Translations under genes and position numbers: made by a program | The notes under the pieces: generated by a model | Databases searched by the model: none | What the model saw: only the letters and a program-made list of their open reading frames with translations | Told to the model about the DNA's origin: nothing | DNA from: Podarcis pityusensis | Lineage: Eukaryota | Reading direction: 5' to 3' (one strand) | Length of the DNA stretch: 64,000 bases | Assembly: GCA_964106645.2 (NCBI GenBank) | Contig: OZ067054.1 | Part shown: one piece after another, positions 53,401-62,400 of the stretch | Layout of the letters: every line of letters starts with the position of its first letter | How positions within the stretch are numbered: the stretch's first letter is position 1

Positions 53401-56400
53401 CAAATGGGCACACATATTCTCAGAACAAAACAGCAAGTGCTGAGAATGACCCAACACAACTGCATGTCAGTAAGCGCTATTATAAATGCACATCTTCTGC
53501 ATAAAAAGGCCTTCCAATATCCAGAAGCCGAGCATGACATTATACCCAGAGCTTCAAGGAAGTGTCGCTACCATGGATTGCTGAACACCAGAAGGCTGTA
53601 TAAGGTGCTGCCACAGCTTATTCACCAGTCAGCATTTAAAGTACTGATTGATTTAGCTTTGTCTTGTTTCTATGAATGCACAAAGCCCCTTTTCTCCAGC
53701 ACACATCCAATAATACACCTTGGTTTCATGCAGTTGACACATGCTCTAAACTAACCCAAACTGGATGGCATCTGGTTGGCCACTGTGAGAACAGAGTGCT
53801 GGACTCTGGGCCACAAGGATTCCTCTTATGTTCTAATATGGCCTGAGATCCAGGAATCAAGTACCATGTCACTTGCCAGGTCTTTTGGAGACAAGCAACA
53901 CTTATGAATGCATCAACAGTCACTGCAAGCAAATGTTGAATGTTAAAGTGAAGAACTGGGTTTCAATGAAGCCTATTTGAGACTACAAAGACTTGTAAGC
54001 AATAGATCATAGCAAACAAATAGGATGGTAAGGGTCTTGTTTGCTTTCCCTGCAACCCTCACCAAGCATTGTTTGAGGGGAGGGAATAGGCAGAGTCTTG
54101 CCGGCAGTGTGTATATTACTACTAAACTTTTATATGTGGTGGCCCTGTATCATTGCTCAGAGTTTATACAGGGAAGCCTTGACAGACTGACTATGTCACC
54201 TGGACAGACACTATAAAAGAATGAACTTGAATTAGCAGCTGTACATTTGCTAATCAGCATCAGCCGAGAACACTCACTCAATGCTTTTTGTTATTTTACG
54301 CTTCTATATGCAAAGCTGGAAAATGAAAAATTGTCGGTTATTTTGCTTAAAGTAAGAAGTCTATCTATGGAACCAATTTGACAGTGCTTATCTAGGAGAA
54401 ACTGGCTTTGGTTTGTATTGCTTTGAGGATTAAGAAGATTTTTGGCACTGCTACTAAAATTACAGTAACTGGTTTGTTAATTTTTTACTTCCTTGATCAT
54501 TGCATCTATATTGTGTGGTGATGCAACATTAGCGGATTTGCCTGAGGAGCAATTTCAGCAAAAGGGCTCTAAAATTGCTTTTGATCAAGTAGTGGTTCTG
54601 GTCACCTAAAGTTTATTATTCCTTGATCAGCTTAACCAGAGCAGGAGCAGCATAAAAGACCAGTCTTAATTTCTAAGGGAAAAATGCTATGCCTCAAGTC
54701 TGTTTCCAAACATTCATTTCTGATCTAGGGCCACTAGGGCCATTCTTGATGTGTGCAGTGTCTGAAGGAAATGAACTCTAAACCAACAGACAATGAGGCT
54801 GCAGCTTAGTGAGCTCTGGCACAAATTAAGCCCCGACAGAGACTTCATGCAATTGAGATCCACATGATGACCAGTTTATGAATACTACTGCACACGCCAA
54901 AATGTGGAGCTGCCACCATATGGAACCACTGTCACCGTCTGACATCTTTTAATTGCTACAACTAATTCCTGGCTTCTTCCAGAGAACAGCATGCTCTTTT
55001 AAACCAAAGTAAAATGTTTCATCAGAAAAACCAGTTAAGGCTGAGTGGCCTCGTGTCCTAAAAAGAAACTAAGCATTCTGTAACAACATAGCCCAAGTTC
55101 CACAACCCCAAAAGCTGAACTTTGCAATTGGTATAAATTCTGGAACCCAAGCAAATCAGCAGGGTTTGTTTTGCATAATCATGCAGTTTAAACTGTTGAA
55201 GCATAAATTATACTGCTTCTGAAAATCATATGGAATAGCCAAGAGCTAAAACAGAATGTTAAAGCTCTGTTCCCCAGAAACGTTATCCTAGCCCTTCTGA
55301 TTTGAGGTTTTACCCTCAAAACGTTTCTTTAAACCATAAAATTGTTGCTGCTCTCCCAACTCCACCCCAGTCAGTGAAATCAAATAAAAAGCTGAGATTC
55401 TTAGGAAACAGAATTCTTCAGCTGGTACCGTATTCTACAGGTTTCCCATGCTCCTACAAAAGAGCAGCAAGTGGAAATCATGCTATAGAGTGATAGTCCC
55501 AACATGAACTGTGAAAGTATGCCTGTTCTATAGATAGGATTTATTCCTTCTTACTTTTTTACTTTGGATTTCTTAAATATAGTTCTACAACTCCATCCAG
55601 GTGACAGAGTCTTGAGACACTGGCCCTTCTCTGGCAATACACTAAAATTATGCACATGACCACAACGAATGCTGGGAGAGGTGCAGAGGTCCTCTGCCAA
55701 GCTACATTTCTCAAAAAGCTATCTCCATTTAAAGGGCTTCTTAGCCCTTCAAAAATAAGACCTGTTAGCTGTAATGACACAGTCAACAGGAACGTCTAGC
55801 AGATGCATTTTGGGGTGGGAGTAGGAGTTAAAGAGTAGGATTTCCAGAAGCTTGTGTGTACTTCCAACTTGATGGCAGTGATAATTACCTTCTGGAAAGG
55901 GAAATGTTGTATTCTCCTCCTTACCAATATGGATTTGCAGACTCCAGCCACAGCTTGGCAGGCTGCTGAGGTGGGAAAGTCTATAGGCAGGTTGGGCAGG
56001 CCCAAGATGGTGACTAGGGGCAGCAGGCCCTTCTGATTCACAAACTCCTGACAATGGTCATCTGTTGTATTGTTGCTGAGGATGGACTCCACAAATTTCA
56101 TCTGGGAGACAGAAGAAGGAGGGTAGGGAAGAAAATAATCAACACTTCATACAAAAACAAAAGGTTGGGTAGCCTACACCCAGACCAAGCCCAAATGGAG
56201 AGTGAAGCATGGAGAGCGCTCAACTCCATAGTTTCTTAGATTCTATGACACACTCTCTAAATCCAAATTCATCCATCTTTCAAGAGGCAACTACAGTGTA
56301 GCCAAAGAAGGAGTGTTTTCTTGGTCCAATATCCTCACAACCCTGTGATAGATGGGTTCCAAGGCTAGCTGCTCCAAAAAAAGCAATCAGTAAAGCAAAG

Positions 56401-59400
56401 TTTACTTTGACATTCCAGGTTTAATTAAAAGGACACCACACTCACTCTGCAGATAATCAGCAAACCTGCAGTATCTTTTTTTTATTTAGCTGATATGTTA
56501 AGAAAGTGCATATTACATACTCAAACTCCTACCTCTTAAAATAATTCTACATATGGAAAAAATGATAAAATATTGCTATTTTGAACATGTATTTGTGTCT
56601 TTAAATAAGACCAACACCAAGCAAGTTCAGGAAGCATTACTGAGTGACAAAACTGTGGCTACAAGAGCCATACAAATTCATTCTAACAACATGACATGTG
56701 AGGCTGGAGACAAAAAAGGTGTCAGGCAAAAGAGCTGGGGATGCCTGAATATCTCTCTAGACCAGGGGTCAGCAACTTAAGGCCCATGGGCTGGAAGTGG
56801 CCCACGGAGGTCGTTTGACCGGCCCATGAGTTGCCGCCAAACTTAGCTGCCCACTCATGTGCTGCACTAAACTGGCGCAGCGTGGGGACTCGCTTCTGCG
56901 GCGCTGAATACTGAATCTGCACATGTGCAGATGCCGAAAATCATGGGGGCGCATGCTCACACGGGCACGCGATCCGGCCCACAGAGGGATCTCCACAGGA
57001 CCCATCTGGCCCAGGCAAGTTAAACCGTGCTGACCCCTGCCCTAGACACACTGAAGCCAATCCTGCCAAGGTATCTCTCAAGGACCACCCACTAATAGAG
57101 AACTTACCACATTAAGGATGTAGTCCATGAGTGGGATTGGTATCCGTTCTTCTGTCCCGACCACCCTAGAGGGGGGGAAAAAGCCCATTACTGCAACCAT
57201 ATTGTTCAATAGAGGCCTCCAGACACTCGATTTTGGGTTGTAGATATGTGAGCTAGCTGCTCAGCTTGCGGTCACCTTACAGTATTCTCCCCCAGCTCCC
57301 AATCAAATTTATCAGAGAGCAAGCGCACGAAAGACACTATCAAAATCTTTGCTCACCTTTCTTAGTCCTAGACACGCAATATCCAGCTCCCACATCCCAG
57401 GTTTTATGCAAAGCTGTCTCCTATTAAGGTTTCCCAAAAAGATAAACTGGGAGAATAGAAGTACCATCTTTCTCTTCCAACAACAACAAAAATTCCAGAG
57501 GGCAGCCCTGCGCCAGGACTGCGGCAAAACCGCGCCTGAAGCAGTCCAGAATGCATCATGGTGACAAAAGATACCAGCATTGAGGAGACACCAGAAAAAG
57601 GCAAAAGGAGGGGGATAACTGTGCTGCCCATCTTGGCTGCTGGCCTCAAATTGGATTAAAGATGGGAATGTGGCAGGGGCCATGAATGGTCGACTGCCAG
57701 GCGCCATGGAGTTCTGCAGCAAAATGGAGCTGGGGAGGAGGAGAAGGAGGGGAGGGAACAGTTGGGCAGTGACGTAAAGAGCATGCTCGGTGCAAGGTTT
57801 GGTCGGAGAAAGAAGAGAAGAAAGAAAAGTCTGACACAGGCAAGGAGGGGCCAGGCAAAATGCTTGGGGTGGATGGGCGGGGGGAAGAAAAGTGGAGGAT
57901 ACTGGGACCTCTCCAGTCTGCACCAGGCACCTGCCACATGGCAGCAAGCAAGCCAAAAGGAAATCCGGCCCTGCAAGTTTGGCCAGAAGAAACATGGCTG
58001 CCTCCCTGAAACTAGAAGGAAGTTTAACTGTTTCTAAACCGCCACGCACACAGGTCTGTTCTCAACTAAGGCAATACAAAGAAACAAATGCTTAATTCAA
58101 AACAGTCTACTCTAAACAAGGATCCTCAAGCCAGCAAACAACTGGATCCAGAGCTCCTTAAGCCAGAAAACTGCCTATAAACTAGAACTGCCAGGGCAAA
58201 CTTTTTCCCAGTGCCTGAACATTCTTCCTCCACCCACCCACTCTGCAAAGCATCATGCCATCTCGGGGCCAGCAGGCTCTCAATGCAGGACAGCAACTAC
58301 TCCCCTCTCTTTTCCCCCACGGCATTACCCAGCATATGGCACACATACAAAGTACCACATAGCCAGGAGTTTATGGGGTTAAGAAACCCCATAGACAGGA
58401 AACTTCAGAGTTCAGAAGTTTACAAAGAAACAGCTGGCAGGCACTCAGAAGCTGCTGCAGAGCTTGCCAAAGCATTGCAGAGCCAAGAGAGTCTCTGAGT
58501 AAGGCCTTCTGCGCAGCTGGGATCAGGGTGCCAGGGAGCAAGCAGAACTACGCCAAAAATGCTCAAGGCGACCCTCCATCCACCCCAAATGTAATCCTGC
58601 CCTTTGCTAGTGCAATAGGGGGCTCCTTGTCCCAAGAACTAATGCAATCATTGCTTAAAACCAGTTCGATGAAATATGTATTGGCTCAGGGACCTTCTCT
58701 GTAACTGGTTTTGCCAAGATCTCAGCATTCTACCTGTAAACAGTCAGCAGACTAGATTTCACAAGCTCAGCTACAAGACTTTCCTCAATCTATGTCATAC
58801 TCACAACAAAACACATTAAGTACAGAATTCTAGTCACCAGAAACACATTTTAGTGATAAAAATTATTCCTCAGCATCTACACAATCATGAGGCAGAGCTA
58901 AAGAAAGCAGCCTGATCCTATGAATGTTTACTTATAGAGTATGTTCTACTGAATAAAATTGTTATCACTCCCTTGCAAGTCTGCAAAAGACCACAGCCCA
59001 AGTCTCTTCTCGGTAAAACAATCAAACATAAAACTCTAGTAAAAACAGAAGCTACCTGGAAGCATCATGTTTCTAGGGTTCTACCACATTTAGGAGGGGA
59101 AACACAATTCACACACCACCTACTACATGGCTGGGAGAATTTAGTTTCGCTTTCCACAAAACCTGGCTTATCATGTCCTATGAACCAGGTATCATGATGT
59201 AAAACAGGAATGAGGAACCTGTGGCTCTCTACATGTTGCTGCACCCCAACCCCTATCATACCTGACCACTGGGCCATGCTAGCTAAGGTTGACGGAGTCC
59301 AACAACATCTGGAGGGCCACAGATTTCCCACCCCCTGGGCTAGTTAAATAAGACAGTTTCATAGTCCATGGTTTGAAGTTGGCTGGTTTACACAGAACAG

Positions 59401-62400
59401 GTTTTTAAAAATCACAATCTCTGATTTATATGTAATAAGTCAGGTTTTGTGGAAGTGAAACTAAACCCTGTAGGTGTCCTCTGAGGTGAGAGGAAGAACA
59501 CAAGCCCAAGGCTCACAGCAGCTCCTTCCTGTCATGTTTTAGTCTTACATGAGAACATGGCCAATCTGAAAGCCCAGTGGTGGGATTAAGCAGGTTTATC
59601 AAGGTTTGAAAAGATCCAGCCAAGTTGTGGTTCTTGGTAAATTATAATTTGGGAGTTTCTCCAAAGCAATGAATACTCTGTGTTGATGCATTTTTAAGAA
59701 AGCACTTGCAGCTAAGTTTGGTCATCTGACCAATCAAAAAAAGATTTGGTCAACTGACCAAATAGTGGTTAACTTTGAATTAACTTTAATTAGAACAAAA
59801 ACAGAAAGATAAACATGTTTGATATTTATACTAATTACAAAAACAAAATAATCTGTTAATGAAATCATAAAGTTACTACCATATTTAAAACAAAAAGAAC
59901 TGCAGTGAATTATAACTTTTAATCATTTGAAATGTGAATTCATTGAACTGTTCTCTAGCTTTTATCCCAAACACGAGGGTCAGTCCATGGCTACATAATG
60001 AAATAAAATCCCAAATAAAGTATAGCAGCAGCAACCAACTAAAAAGTAGGTTTTAAATGCAGTTGTGCTAATTAGGCAGCAAGTAAGTTCAACCACTGTG
60101 GCTTCATGAGGTATGTGATTATGGTCAAATGATAACAAGATAGCGAATTTATCATGTCTGATCTGTCAACTGACTGGCATGCCAACCCTACCCATAAGCT
60201 CACAAAAGCCAATTTCTCCTAGTCACAAGCCAATAGAATAATGAGCAGGAAGATTACACATGCACAGCACAGAATGGAACTGAGAGGAGGAAATTAAATA
60301 TTCCCACCCACTCTCACTTGCAAGTGAATTCCACTGAAAGCTAGTGGTTCTTACTTCCGAGTAAAATGTATGCAAGGCAGGAAATAGGTAAATGAAGAAT
60401 CAGCTTGCAGAAACAAGAAAGAAAAGGACCACTTTGACTGAAACCTAGCTCTGGGTTCTGCTGTGGTCCAAGTGATCTTTATAACAGCTTCACCCACCCT
60501 CTTTTCTTAGAATTGTGCTTTGTATAATACAGGGGTAGGCAACCTAAGGCAACCTAAGGCCTTCTCAATCTGGCCAGTGGACAGTCCAGGAGTCAGCGTG
60601 TTTTTACATGAGTAGAATGTGTCCTTTTATTTAAAATGCATCTCTGGGTTATTTGCGGAGCATAGGAATTTGTTCATTTTTTCCTTCAAAATATAGTCTG
60701 GCACACCACATGGTCTGAGGGACGGTGAACCAGCCCACGGCTGAAAAAGGTTGCTGACCCCTGGTATAATATATCACTTCAATTACATCTCAGGGCTATA
60801 AACCCAGCAGAGCCCACCCTACCATTCATGGGCTGTATTATGTTCACTGCCTAGATACTCTGTTCATTGTGTGGCACTGTAAACCTACCAAATAAACAAA
60901 TGCAAACCATGAATCTAAGGAGTTATTTGTGAATCTGTGGCCTGCTTCAATACCAAGCAGGTATTAAATGTCAGCAACCTTGTATTGAAGGGTCAATATC
61001 ACAATAATGCTAAACAGTAAAATGACCATGGTCTTATCCTGTCTTGATTCAAAACCACAAGGCAGGCGTGAACAACAAGACAACATACACTCAAACAAAT
61101 ACACCATTTCTCAAACAGTCTCTACCAAAAATGCTCAAAGGAATCAAACTTTACTCTTATGAAGGGCTTTTTTCTTTTTTGCAACAGTACACTTCAATAA
61201 ACGAGCTCAACAGTTGCCTCAAATTGGCACTGTGGGTTAAACCACAGAGCCTACGACTTGCCGATCAGAAGGTTGGCAGTTCGAATCCCTGCGACGGGGT
61301 GAGCTCCCGTTGCTCGGTCCCTTCTCCTGCCAACCTAGCAGTTCGAAAGCACATCAAAGTGCAAGTAGATAAATAGGTACCATTCCAGCGGGAAGGTAAA
61401 CTGTGTTTCCATGTGCTGCTCTGGTTCGCCAGAAGCGGCTTAGTCATGCTGGCCACATGACCCGGAAGCTGTACGCCGGCTCCCTCGGCCAGTAAAGCGA
61501 GATGAGCACCGCAACCGCAGAGTCGGTCACAACTGGACCTAATGGTCAGGGGTCCCTTTACCTTTACTAGTGATATTAGCACACAGGAAAATGAATGCTT
61601 TGCTAACACACGAAGAGCTATGCAAATGCATTTTCTGCTGTGTACAATGTACTTGCCAGTCAACATGGGTAACAGCTGCCCAAGTACATTTTCTGCTATA
61701 TGCAGCAACCTTGACAGCTATGTGAAGCACGTTGACTAGGATCCAGAGAGTTGCTTAGGCTTACTCAGAGAGCCTCTGCTAATCCAGTGGGATGTAACTT
61801 TTGTATAGCTTACCCGTCCCAACACACCCCGTGCCGGCTCCAGCTGCTCTGAAACTCTCCGTTTCAAAACTAATTGCCATGTGGCATGTTGGATTGCCAC
61901 TGAAGAAAAACAAGACCCCACTGGATTCATGGAATTAACTTAATGGGTTCTTTGAACCATCACCGTGCTCTTCCTAAACATGAAGGGCAGCCCAGTTGTT
62001 TTGACAAGCCCCCCACCCACCCTACCCTCAAATACAGGTTGTTTTCAAGCAGCTTTAAAAACTGATCAGAAAGCAAGTGCAGGCTAGACTTTGCAGCAAG
62101 CCACCATTCACAGGATTGCTGTATGTTATTTTTAGCCTCAGCTACTCACTGCTGGCTGGATTCTGCCTCACTCTGCTGCGTGGCATTGAAACTCTGCATA
62201 GCTTGCACCTCTTCCTCTTCTTCATCCTCACTGGAGGCCTCCTCTGCTGCATGAGTTGAGCGAGGTGGTGGAGCAGTGGCTGTTCCATCAGCCTTCTGAA
62301 TGGAGGGCTTCTGGCAGATGTATTTAGGGTCTCGGCCCAGATTGCAGATTTCTTCTAGTAACTGCAGAACAGTGAACAAGCATGTTGGCATGGAACAGGT

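Noticed and set aside
60823-60884. Possible cryptic exon (ttggtag|...ATG|gtaggg)
   Set aside because: Weak sites, similar to random intronic background.
61224-61310. tRNA-like A/B boxes
   Set aside because: SINE head, not a tRNA gene.
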